NCBI GenBank assembly: GCA_951406725.2
Contig: OX597814.1
Location: 55,056,001 to 55,120,000 of the forward strand
Length of the DNA stretch: 64,000 nucleotides
Direction of reading: 5' to 3'
Source: Octopus vulgaris
Lineage: Eukaryota
Made by a program: the position numbers and the translations under genes. Positions within the stretch are counted from its first letter, which is position 1, and each line of letters starts with the position of its first letter. Below the pieces are notes generated by a model, which was not told the DNA's origin, did no database searches, and worked only from the letters and a program-made list of their open reading frames with translations. Shown here piece by piece: positions 52,227 to 64,000 of the stretch.

Positions 52227-53995
52227 TTATGTTATGGCTTCCCCCTCGTTATCGAGTATGGCCATTGCACGAAGCTTAACTGTTACTGGTGCTGTGATCG
52301 AATGTGACTTTTTAGCCCAGCTAAAGATCTATAATGTCTTGTACAAAATTGGGAACTAAAACCTTTACTGGTAATAGCCAGCTGTAGTTGTAACTGGGCT
52401 TCATGTACCTTTGCATGTCGTTTAAGTCCTCCTGCCGAATTACACTCTCTTCCACATGCCCGACAGATATGATTAGTATGGTGTGTTACACCACCATTAG
52501 TGGCCAGGTTGTCACTCATCTGCCTCGTTTTATGACTACGAAGATGACTCATGAGTCCAGCTTTACTGAGGCAGGGTCTTGCACAGACATTGCATGTCAG
52601 AATCAAAGGAAGACCCTTCCCTTCTGGAAGTGTAACAGCGATGCCCTTCCTGACATCCCTCCTTACTTTCTCATGTGCAACTCGAGATTTCTCAAAAGTG
52701 GCTGTCCCCTCATGCACAATCCTTCTCTACCTGCTACGATCAATAACTATGCCTTCCCATGTGTCAGGAGAGATGCAAGCATCTCTTAAGGAAGCCTTCA
52801 GCAAGTCCTTATACCTCTTGTTTGGTTTATGTGGAGGTCGTTCTCCTTTAGCTAACTCTCCATAAAAGAGTTGTTTTGGCATCCTTGAATCCTTCATGCT
52901 GACCAGATGACCACTCCATCTGAGCCTTTACTTTAACACAAGAGCTTCTATACTTTCACACAGAGAGCCTTAGGGTATTTCAAGATCACTGATGCGGTCC
53001 TTCCACTTAATGCTATAGATCCGTCTGAGGCACATCTGATGGAAACGTTCCAGTTGTTTAAGGTGGTATCGATATGTGACCCACGTCTCGCAGGCATAGA
53101 GAAGAGAAGGGAGCACACATGCCTTGTACACCTTTATCTTTGTCTTTCTGCATATGTCTCGCCGACTCCAGAGGCGCTTTTCTAGCCTTCCGAAAGCAAC
53201 ACTTGCTTTCCTAATTCTATATGGAATTTCATCATCCACATTACCATATCTATTAATAGTGCTTCCCAGGTAGACAAACTGATCGACTACATCAAGTCGT
53301 TTACCATTCACATAGATATTTGGTACACTATACTGCTTACCAGGGGCAGGTTGATGCATGACAACAGTTTTCTTGAGATTGACTGTCAATCCTAAGGCAG
53401 TGCAAGCATCAGAGAATGCATTCAAAACGTGTTGCATATCAATCTCTGTGTGTGCTACTAGCTCTCAATCATCTGCATACAAAAGGTCTCTTATAATAGC
53501 GGTAAATATCTTTGTTTTTGCAGTAAGGCGCCTGATATCAAATATGCTGCCAGGGGTTCGATAATGGACGTAAACACCGTATCTGCAGTTTCTGAATGCA
53601 ATACAGAACACCATCGCGAAATATATGGAAAATAGGATCGGTGCCAGAATATCCCCGTTTCATTCCATTTTGTATTGAAATGGGCTCCGACATCTTCCCT
53701 CTAACATTCACCCTACCATTCATGTCTTCATGAAAAAACCTAACCAAAGCAAGGAACTTTTCAGGACACCCAAGTTTCTGGAGGTCTTTCCACAATGCTT
53801 TACTATTGACGGTATCAAAGGCTTTTGTCAGATCGACAATCATCTGATATAAATCCAAACCCTGTTCCACACACTTTTCCTGGAGCTGTCTAGCTGAAAA
53901 GATCATATCAGCAGTGCCACGTCCCACACGAAAGCCAGATTGACTTTCTGGAAGAACACAATCTGCGATGTATTTCAGCAGACGATCTAGGAACT
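52227..53995 (-). mobile_element. 5'-truncated RTE/BovB-like LINE with C-terminal C2H2 zinc fingers
   Basis: ESQSGFR.GRGTADMIFSARQLQEK, DLTKAFD, LYADD, FVYLGS and LLYACETW; flanked by ACGTACATAC... on both sides. Confidence 0.92.
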
Positions 53996-54076
53996 TACGT
54001 ACATACATACATACATACATACATACATACATACATACATACATACATACATACATACATACATACATACATACAT

Positions 54077-55035
54077 GAGGCTGATAACATCATAAGACTT
54101 GGAAGGCAGATCTTTGACCAACATTCTTTGATAACCTAGAATATATGCCCAACGACGTCGCACGACTCTACCACAACGTGTCATCAGATGAAAGGATGAG
54201 CAGAAGACTATGCATGGATATGTTGGTAGAAAGCTCCGAGATGACAGTAACATCGATCATCAAAGCAGTTGATCATGGACCAATAACCGGATTACTTCCT
54301 ACCACTTTGAAGGGTATGCGTTTGCAATCCAGGAACAGGAAATATCAACCAAATTACCTGATGCACATAATGGGACAGAGATGCAGGATAAGCAGTAAAA
54401 TGTGACAACCGATACAGACTTTGTGGAGTTAACACCGAAGATATCACCTACGTCATGAGCAGTTGTCCGAAAATGTCATCACGGTATTATCTATCGATGA
54501 GACATAATGTTGTAGCTAGGACACTCTATAATGAAATCCATTGGAAGGATAACCACAAGGACAAAGAAATAAGAACCCACAGTATGATAGAAGCCATAGC
54601 CACTCATAATGAAAAGGAGTGCTGGTGGAATGTTCCACTGAATACCTCATTTAAATGTAAGCACAACAGACCTGATATAATGGTTTGGGATAGAGCGGAT
54701 GTTAACATAAGGCTGAAGATCGATGAAAAAGAGAATACCTACGTTGAACTATTGAGAAATCTGCAGTTACTCGATCCAGATTATAAGTTCAGGTTTATAC
54801 CTGTAATTATTGGGGCCCTGAGATATGTAACACACTGCCGAAATACCAATCTTGAGAAATTAGGCTTCTCAAAAACAGAAAAGAGAAACCTAATTCGAAA
54901 ACTACAGATCTAATTCATCACTAGAAAAATCTGTAAAACTTTCCAGAACTTTATCATTTAAATACATATGAGCATGTCTAGATATGCAACTATATGCATG
55001 AGATGCAGACATAAAGCAAAACATACTAATCTCCT

Positions 55036-55071
<36 letters not shown>

Positions 55072-55090
55072 TACATGCATACATACATAC

Positions 55091-55121
<31 letters not shown>

Positions 55122-55301
55122 CATACATACATACATACATACATACATACATACATACATACATACATACATACATACATTCATACATACATACAAAAAT
55201 ACCCTGTTGATGTTGAAATTCCAAAGAAGGAACCTTGAATCTAGGTTAGAAATCGGCTCTTTCTCTATTGGTAAGAAATCTTGAAATAAAACAGAACAAT
55301 G
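54077..55301 (+). mobile_element. 5'-truncated R4-like (RLE) non-LTR element embedded in (CATA)n
   Basis: C..RHNVVAR, WWNVP..KHNRPDIMVWD, KENTY..L and PVIIGAL; (CATA)n immediately on both sides. Confidence 0.8.
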
Positions 55302-55539
55302 ACATACATACATACATACATACATACATACATACATAAGATCCAGAGATTTTCCGTATAGGAGACACTTAGTAATGCTCAAAACATTCAAACATAAATT
55401 CCGATGCATTTACAGGAGATAAATCCACAAGGTGAAGAAAGGCTATAAGAAGGATCGGGTTGAGCAGGTATATTTGATGTGTCTAATTTGTTTATCCGCA
55501 TTGTCCATCAATCCATGCATACATACATACATTCATGCA

Positions 55540-55830
55540 TGGTGGTAGTCTCTTGTAGTCAGAGAAAGACCGTTCTGTGATTTCATGCTCAACAACCTGC
55601 ACAAATGATTTGCTTATAGTGATTAAATATATGTGCTGTACATTAGCACACTCCATCCATCAAATCAATATTGCCTGTACAGGTGCAAGGTGTACCATGC
55701 GTCAGATGTCGAAGTGATCGTAGAGCAACAGGAAATGAAGTGCTTTGCTCAAGCTCACAACGCACCATCTGGTCCAAGAATTGAAATCACGATCTCGCGA
55801 TCATGGCCTAACACAATAGACCATGTATCC
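55540..55830 (-). mobile_element. Degenerate SINE (related to 24192-24510 head/body)
   Basis: GAAATGAAGTGCTTTGCTCAAG..CACAAC..GGTCCA.GAAT shared with 24415-24470. Confidence 0.55.
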
Positions 55831-55844
55831 TGATATACATGCAT

Positions 55845-55906
<62 letters not shown>

Positions 55907-55909
55907 CAT

Positions 55910-56089
55910 ACTTTTATTTGTTTCAGTCATTTGACTGCGACCATGCTGGAGCACCGCTTTTAATGGAGCAAATTGACCCCAGGACTTATTCTTTGTAAGC
56001 CTAGTACTTATTCTATCGGTCTCTATTGCCGAACCGCTAAGTTACGTAAACACACTAGCATCGGTTGTCAAGCGATGTTGGAGGGACAA

Positions 56090-56134
<45 letters not shown>

Positions 56135-57741
56135 CGACAGGCTTCTTTCAGTTTCCATCTACCAAATCCACTCACAAGGCTTTGGTTGGCCCGAGGCTAT
56201 AGCAGAAGACACTTGCCCAAGGTGCCACGCAGTGGGACTGAATCCGGAACCATGTGGTTGAGAAGCAAGCTGCATTATTTCAATATTTTTTCCACAAAGG
56301 CATTACATAGAGGGGACACTACAACACATGTGGGGACATATAACAATTAAAAATATATAAAAGTAAAATATTTTATGAATGACACATGAAAATGAACATG
56401 AAAAACAAATTATAATTATTATAACATGCGTGATAGTTGAAAATGAAAATATGAAGGGTGTGCTACTCACCCCACACTGAGCAACACCACTCGCCGCCTC
56501 TGAGTCCTAATTTCCTTTTAGTCTCTGTTCCAGTTCTACCATCGCTCCATGACCGCTCTCTCTTATAAACTTTTTCACCGGGGGAGGGGTCTTCTCAATT
56601 CTGAGGTGTCTGCAGTTTTTCTTTTTTTACCGTGGGAAATGGGGTGGGTGGGTTGGTGTCTGTATGCTGAGGGTGGGTCTGAGTGGTCTTGGGTGGGATA
56701 GAGTTGGACTGGGGTACCACATCACACTCAGTGTTCTTTCTTTTCTTTCTCTTCTTCCTTCTACTTTCTGTTACTCTCCATTCTTCTTCCTTTTCCTCCT
56801 TTCCTCCGTCTGTCTTTTCTTCCTCTCTTTTCACTTCCGACTCCACAACTGTTTCCCCTGCTACTGTTCTCTGTAGAGGGCAGTATGCTCTAATGTAGCC
56901 CTTTTGGCCACATTTAAAACAATGTGGTACTCTGCCCTCTATCCACACTCTCAGCACAATTTCTCTCAACGTCACCGTCTCTGCCAAACTCTCCAGTTGT
57001 TCCTCCTCCGTCTGTATATTTAATTCTAGTGTCTTCCTTTCCCACCCTCATTCTTCTGTTTCTGTGGCTTGAAGGACAGCCAATTTCTCCTCACGTCCAA
57101 CAAGGACAGACGCCGACACCCAAGCAACTTCTATATTAGGTGGGATTGCTTCTACCCTTACTTTGGAAGTCTTTTTTCCAAGGTATGTGGGTAGCAGCAC
57201 TACTTCCTCTGTTTTCACCGCCACACTCGTCAGCCTCCACGCCTCCTCTACTATCCTAGGTTGGACGACCATTGTCCCATATCTCCTTCTTTTAGTTATA
57301 TATGTTATTTCCTTTGACCGCTCTCTTAGCGCCTTTTCCTTTTCAACTTCCACCTACTCGGCTTCTTTCCTTTTAACGAGAACACCTTATAGGTGATCGT
57401 TTTTCTCTCCATCCATTCCATAATTTCTTTGGAGGGCGACAACCTCACGTCGTCTCCTACCTGTACCATCTTCTCATACACTTTAAGACCAGCCAAGTCC
57501 AACTCCCTTCACTTCATCTCCGTGGCCTCAGCAAAACTTGTCCTCTCCAACACTCCGTCCATCTTCATGACCGTCTTTACCAGCTCCTCCTCTGCTAAAG
57601 ACAACTTAGACCCGCTAAGGTCTGAATACATTTTCTAAGCAGCACGAAAAAACAGTCCGACTCACAACAAATTCACAAAGCAACTACTGGACAACGCATG
57701 CGCGGAAGCAAGCTACTTACCACACAGCCACTCCTGCGCCT
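55910..57741 (-). mobile_element. SINE family A split by a 1.4-kb insertion in its tRNA-like head
   Basis: Head 57704-57741; remainder 55910-56273. Confidence 0.92.
56274..57703 (-). mobile_element. Second SINE-inserted ORF1-only (HAL1-like) element, frameshifted
   Basis: RRRYGT, VVLLPTYLGKK..IPPNIEVAW and EGRVPHCFKCGQKGYIRAYC; TSD GTAGCTTGCTTCC / GCAGCTTGCTTCT (element sense). Confidence 0.82.
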
Positions 57742-58125
57742 ATATATAATAAATATATATATATATATAATACATATAATATGATATATATATAATACAT
57801 ATATAATATGATATATATATATAATATATAATATATATATGATACTATATATATATACATATATATATACTATATATATACATATATAATTTATATATAA
57901 TATATATGTGTATATATAATATATATATAATATAATATGTATAATATAATATATATATACAGAATATAATATATATATATATATAATTTAATATATATAT
58001 AATATATATAATATGATATGATATATATATATATAAATATATGTATATATGTATGTATAATATAATACATATATAATATGATATATATATATATATAATA
58101 TATATAATGTGATATGATTTATATA

Positions 58126-58187
<62 letters not shown>

Positions 58188-58192
58188 ATATA
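57742..58192. repeat. AT-rich low-complexity tract
   Basis: Direct reading. Confidence 0.9.
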
Positions 58193-59235
58193 TGGAGTAC
58201 CGCCTTAAAGGGTTTTTTTTTTTGTCTAAGAAATCGACGCCAGGACTTATTCTTAGTACGCTTAGTACTTATTCTATCGGTCTTTTTGCCAAACCGCCAC
58301 ACACGCATCTGTGTATGTGTGTGTGTGTGTGTGTGTGTGACGGGCTTATTTCAGTTTCCGTCTACCAAATCCACTTACACGGCCTTGGTCGGCCCGAGGC
58401 TCTAACAGAAGACACTTGCCCAAGGTGCTACGCAGTGGGACTGAACCTGGGATCACGTAGTTGGGTAGCAAGCCTCTTACTATACAGCCACGCATACAAC
58501 AAATAATGATTCTGTCTGGCTAGTTTGTATTAAACTAGTTACGGTCTATCACCGTCATTGCCCGTAACATTCCTGATGATTTCAGATAAGAATTTCTTTT
58601 GTTTTAACTTAATTTATTCACGTCATGTAACTTAATTACATAATTATAGAATTACCGATGTTTGTTGCTGATGAAACAGCTGCTGAAAGTAATTAAATTA
58701 AGATCTATGTGTGAAATTTATGCTTTTCTGCTTTTTCTTCTAAATATACGTGCGCTTAGTATACGGGCGTTTTAGCCGTTTATGTATAGACAAGCAAAAG
58801 ATTTTTCCAATTTTCTCATACAGACATATATATATATTCTTTACTCCTTTATTCTTTTACTTGTTTCAGTTATTTGACTGCGGCGATGCTGGAGCTCCAC
58901 CTTTATTCGAAGAAATCGACTCCAGGATTTATTTTTGTAAGCTTAGCACTTATTCTATCAGTCCCATTTGCCCAATCGCTAAGTTTTGGGGACGTAAACA
59001 CACAAACACTGGTTGTCAAGCGATGGCGGGAACAAACACATACACACACACAAATATATATATATATATTAACGACGAGCTTCTTTCAGTTTACGTCTAC
59101 CAAATCCCCTCACAAGGCTTTGGTCGCCCGAGGCTATAGTATAAGAAACCTGGCCAAAGTGCCACGCAGTGGGACTGAACCCAGAACCATGTGGTTGGGA
59201 AGCAAGCTTCTTACCACATAGCCACTCCTGCGCCA
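58193..59235 (-). mobile_element. Two SINE family A copies (about 58193-58495 and 58855-59235)
   Basis: Reverse-complement family-A head, body and tail; empty target sites. Confidence 0.85.
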
Positions 59236-59763
<528 letters not shown>

Positions 59764-59879
59764 TGTAACATAATTTTTAATCTTCGAATTTTTTTAAATA
59801 TGCAAGTCCACTGGTTTTAATTGATTAATATCAATTTCTACCCTTATTATTTAATTATATATATATATATATTCACTGT

Positions 59880-60310
59880 CTCCTTCACATATAAACGAGA
59901 TAACCTTTAGCTACTTCTTCCTGCCATCGGAACCAATCACATTAAACTTCGATTCATCGCTAAAATGAAACTGCGACCTCTGTTCTTCGGTCCGAAGAAC
60001 ATGGTTGTGAGCGAAACGAAGACAGGTCCTTTGATTCTTCTTGGAGATCAGAGGTTTCTTTGCCGGTGCCCGAACAAGGAACCCAGGACCTCGCAACTTC
60101 CGAGAAACTGTTTTGCGTGATACGTTGACATCGGAAGTGGCGCTAAACTCGCAGGATATCTCAGTAACACTGTTAAACTATCCTTCAGTGACATTCTAAC
60201 CATAATACGATCCTGTGTTGATGAGGTTTTACGAGGTCTACCAGTTTTGGATTTAGCGTCTCTCGATCCTGATGACTTAAAATGAACTACAATTCGTTGC
60301 ACAAGACTTC
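59880..60310 (-). pseudogene. Tc1 transposase N-terminal fragment
   Basis: GRPRKTS...KKPLISKKNQR..L.FA...FSDESKFN. Confidence 0.88.
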
Positions 60311-60349
60311 TTAAGCTTCCTGCGGTAGTTGCTTCCACAGGATTTTACT

Positions 60350-60413
<64 letters not shown>

Positions 60414-60864
60414 CATATTTGCTTGCGTGTGTGTGTATTTGTGTGTATATATATGTGTACGTATATGAGTATCTTCTATCTTTTACTTGTTTCAGTCATT
60501 AGACTGCGGCCATGCTGGGGCACAACTTGAAGAATTCTAGTCGAAGGAATTGACCCCCCGCACTTACCATTTCTTTATCTTTTTCTTTATTTAAGCTTGG
60601 TACTTATTCTATCGGTCTTTTGTCTCTCTTGCTGAACTGCTAAGTTACGGAAACGTAAACACTCCATCTAAGATGGAAACGAGTACAAATGTCACAATGA
60701 AATGGAAAATATTTATCCACCAATGTAGTGTTGGTATTTTAGAAAAATAAAAAAGAAATAAGTGGAAATTTTACCGGTGAGTGTGTGTTTTTTTTTTCTG
60801 TTTTCTTTAAATTCCATTGTTTGTTATTCTGTCGTCTTCACCATCAATGATAGTACTTATACAA

Positions 60865-61082
60865 AGGTGGCGAGCTGGCAGAATCGTTAGCACGTTGAGT
60901 GAAATGCTTAGCAGCATTTTTTCTGTCTTTACGTTCTAAGTTCAAATTCTGCCGAGGTCGACTTCGCCTTTCATCTCTTCGGGGGTCGATAATTCAAGTA
61001 CTAGTGAAACACTGGGGTCGATGTGATCGACTACTCCCCTACCCCAGGATTTCAATTCTTGTGCCTTTAGTAGAATGGATTA
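60865..61082 (+). mobile_element. SINE family B
   Basis: GGTGGCGAGCTGGCAGAATCGTTAGCACG head and central domain. Confidence 0.88.
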
Positions 61083-61943
61083 TTTATACTAATACCCTCT
61101 ACTAAAAGGTATACAAGGAATAGCAATGTCTTCTAGGACATCAATGATGTGTGTGTGCATGTGTACATGCCTCTGTGTTTATATGTATTTAAGTATGTAT
61201 ATACAGAGAGAAATTACTAGATAGATAGAGATAAGTACTATTCTTTAAGAAATTCAGACGATTTAAAAGAACAAATTGTTTTCTTGATCAGACCTTTTTT
61301 TTCTGTTTTTCAGGTGTAACTTACAATACTGGGATTGGATCTTACTGCTACTGACACAGTCAGTTTCTAGTTACCTACTGGAAACTGACAAGCGTTACTC
61401 TACTACCAAGTCACTTTTTTGAGATGATATTTTCTTACCTTAGCAGAGGGTGTAGCACAGCGCTGTAAACAAGTTGCGAACCGTAACGCTACAGCCGATA
61501 AAAGATACCTTATCCATTCGATCGCTGTTCACTCCTCCTTTACGTTCTTCAGATCATTTTTTGCTAACAATCAAGTAACATCGTTTAAATGAATCTCTTA
61601 TAACTAGCGAAAGAATCAGTTATCAAGGGCTTGGTGCTTTAATAACACGCATGGATAGTTTTCAACAATTATATTCAACCTTATTTGATAAGAGGTCGGT
61701 AAGGTTAAATTCTCTGTTTCAGCCAAAGTTTACTTCTCAGCTGGTGACTATTAATGCCTGTCAAGTACGAAATTTTGAATACAAAAGATTTTCTTATTGA
61801 AAAAACAAATCTTTAGAATTATGTTTTTATTTACCTAGTCATAAGTCACAGTTCTGATAAAAGGATCTCGTTGTAATCTGCTGGTTCACACATATTGATT
61901 TTTTTTCCTTGACGTTTAATGTACTCAGACCTACATACACACA

Positions 61944-61980
<37 letters not shown>

Positions 61981-62430
61981 ATCCCACGAAGTATTGGTTA
62001 AACTATGGTTATGGTGGAGGGAGAAGACACTTGCCCAAGATATGTCGTGCAATCGAATTTGGGAACATACTGTTGCAGTGTGAATTTCTTATCCTTGTAG
62101 CTCTATACATAAACATATCAAAGGCAATATTCAATAATATTCTTTTAAACAACCGAGTTATATTACTGTCATTCCTTTAGCACAGCTGCTAGTTATAAAG
62201 TTAAAATGTCACCTAAATTATTACAAAATATCTTTTCATGGCACTTTAACAAATTTTGATAGCTGGAGGTAGATATCTTTAGTTGATTTTATTCTTCCAC
62301 GCTGTAAGTTAGCAGAAACATTGAAGAGTTAGACAAAATGCCTCGTGACCTGACGAAAGTCATCGATACTATCTCATACCCGCTCGTCATTGTAAGCAGG
62401 AGAAGGCTTGGCTTTCATGATTAATCAATG

Positions 62431-62600
62431 TTGTAAAGGATCACTATAATAGGTATGCAATAAAAATTCCTGGTACGAAGGGAAACAAGTAAACCCATTA
62501 AAATCAAACGTGGTGTCCGAGTTGCGCTCTCACCTCTAATCTTTAATGTAGTTTCAAATCCCATTATGGCTGCCTTACATGTTTTTCTACATGTATATGT
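62431..62600 (+). repeat. ~170-bp segment (non-LTR RT remnant) duplicated at 63608-63776
   Basis: Near-identical direct copy; translates in part as PIKIKRGVR-VALSPLIFNVV (RT QG..LSP.LFN motif with a deletion). Confidence 0.8.
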
Positions 62601-63058
62601 GTGTAACACCTATAAGTAATGAAACACGTAATGTGGAATAAATAATATTAAAATTTGCGGAAAGGACTGTTTTAACGAAGTCACACGTCTTGTCCCTACC
62701 TTCGAAAAGCGGAGTAGATAAAACAGGGGACAACTGATGAATAGAATGTTCTTCATGTTACCTGTCTCGTTTTTCTATTTGTTTCTTTCGTTCTTCGAAA
62801 AAAATTCGTTTTCCATGCTTTTGTTTTTTTTGTCCTCGTTTCTCATTTTGTTCATGTTTTTTATGTCCTATAATGCATGTATATATACATATATATGTAG
62901 GCACGTACATGTATGTGCGTATATATGTATAGATATATATTATATAAAAGGGCTTAGTAAAATAAATTACCCTCAATTGTTGAAATGTATAGATATATAT
63001 ATATTATTTATGTTATTATATATATGCATATATGTATATATATATATGTGTGTGTATG

Positions 63059-63089
<31 letters not shown>

Positions 63090-63147
63090 ATACCTATGTA
63101 TATATATGTATGTATATATATATATATGTACATACATATATACATAC

Positions 63148-63184
<37 letters not shown>

Positions 63185-63774
63185 GCAGCCATAATATAAG
63201 GGTCAGTAAGAATAAGTGTAATTGAAATAGTTATTATAGAAGATTAACAACCGTTGAGACTAGTTATTTTACGCATATTTAGATATATCTAATATCTATC
63301 ATTCGTGAAAGTTTCAAGTGAAGGGAATAAATATTTCGTAAGTTATGAGGAAATAAACAAACAACCTTCTAAATTGCAATGGCTAAATGTTTAGGATCAC
63401 TCACAATAAATGAACTACTAACCGAGGTACTTGTTGTTTAGAAGACTGTTAATTGGCTAACAGTTACTTCTTATGATCTTACATTATTAGAACATTCAGC
63501 TGTCAACATGACGGCTTCTGAGAGACGACTGGGGTCGCGTGAAGAAAAAAAAAAGGATTTTATGCCTTCACCAAGAGGGCAAGGCAAATTCTGTGATAGT
63601 AACTACTGTAAAGGATCACTATAATAGGTATGCAATAAAAATTCCTGTTACGAAGGGAAACAAGTAAATACATTAAAATCAAACGTGGTGTCCGAGTTGC
63701 GCTCTCACCTCTAATCTTTAATGTAGTTTCAAATCCCATTATGGCTGCCTTACATGTTTTTCTACATGTATATG

Positions 63775-64000
63775 TCATCAGGATCGAGAGACGCTAAATC
63801 CAAAACTGGTAGACCTCGTAAAACCTCATCAACACAGGATCGTATTATGGTTAGAATGTCACTGAAGGATAGGTTTAACAGTGTTACTGAGATATCCTGC
63901 GAGTTTAGCTCCACTTCCGATGTCAACGTATCACGCAAAACAGTTTCTCGGAGGTTATGAGATTCTGAATTGCTTGCTCGGGCACTGGCAAAGAAACATC
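63775..64000 (+). pseudogene. Tc1 transposase fragment, inverted copy of 60050-60276
   Basis: SGSRDAKSKTGRPRKTSSTQDRIMVRMSLKD is identical in both copies. Confidence 0.88.

Noticed and set aside
58660-58700. CTGATGA...GAAA hammerhead candidates (also at 3166 and 43763)
   Set aside because: No convincing stem II or III pairing.

Overview
This is AT-rich, repeat-dense animal DNA, not prokaryotic. The tRNA-derived SINE families and microsatellite load look like coleoid cephalopod, probably Octopus (inferred by recognition, not by search). No host protein-coding gene could be supported, so the window looks intronic or intergenic. It contains one apparently intact Dong/R4-clade non-LTR retrotransposon (1270-aa RT plus restriction-like endonuclease ORF) set in (TAA)n. 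It also holds decayed R4, RTE, L1/Tx1, Tc1/mariner (DD41D, DD37D, Tc1), hAT, Helitron, Helentron/DINE-like and Penelope-like relics, MITEs, many SINEs and several long inverted repeats. The most interesting observation is two very divergent ORF1-only (HAL1-like, Tx1/L1-derived) retroelements at 30441-32676 (+) and 56274-57703 (-). Both sit in the same orientation at essentially the same nucleotide of the tRNA-like head of one SINE family, each with a 13-17 bp target-site duplication and near-identical 3' tails. This suggests a SINE-targeting, non-autonomous retroelement system. A related ORF1-only copy and an ORF2-bearing relative lie in tandem at about 45.9-49.4 kb. Most short ORFs in the supplied track are microsatellite translations. 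Boundaries and identities were read by eye.
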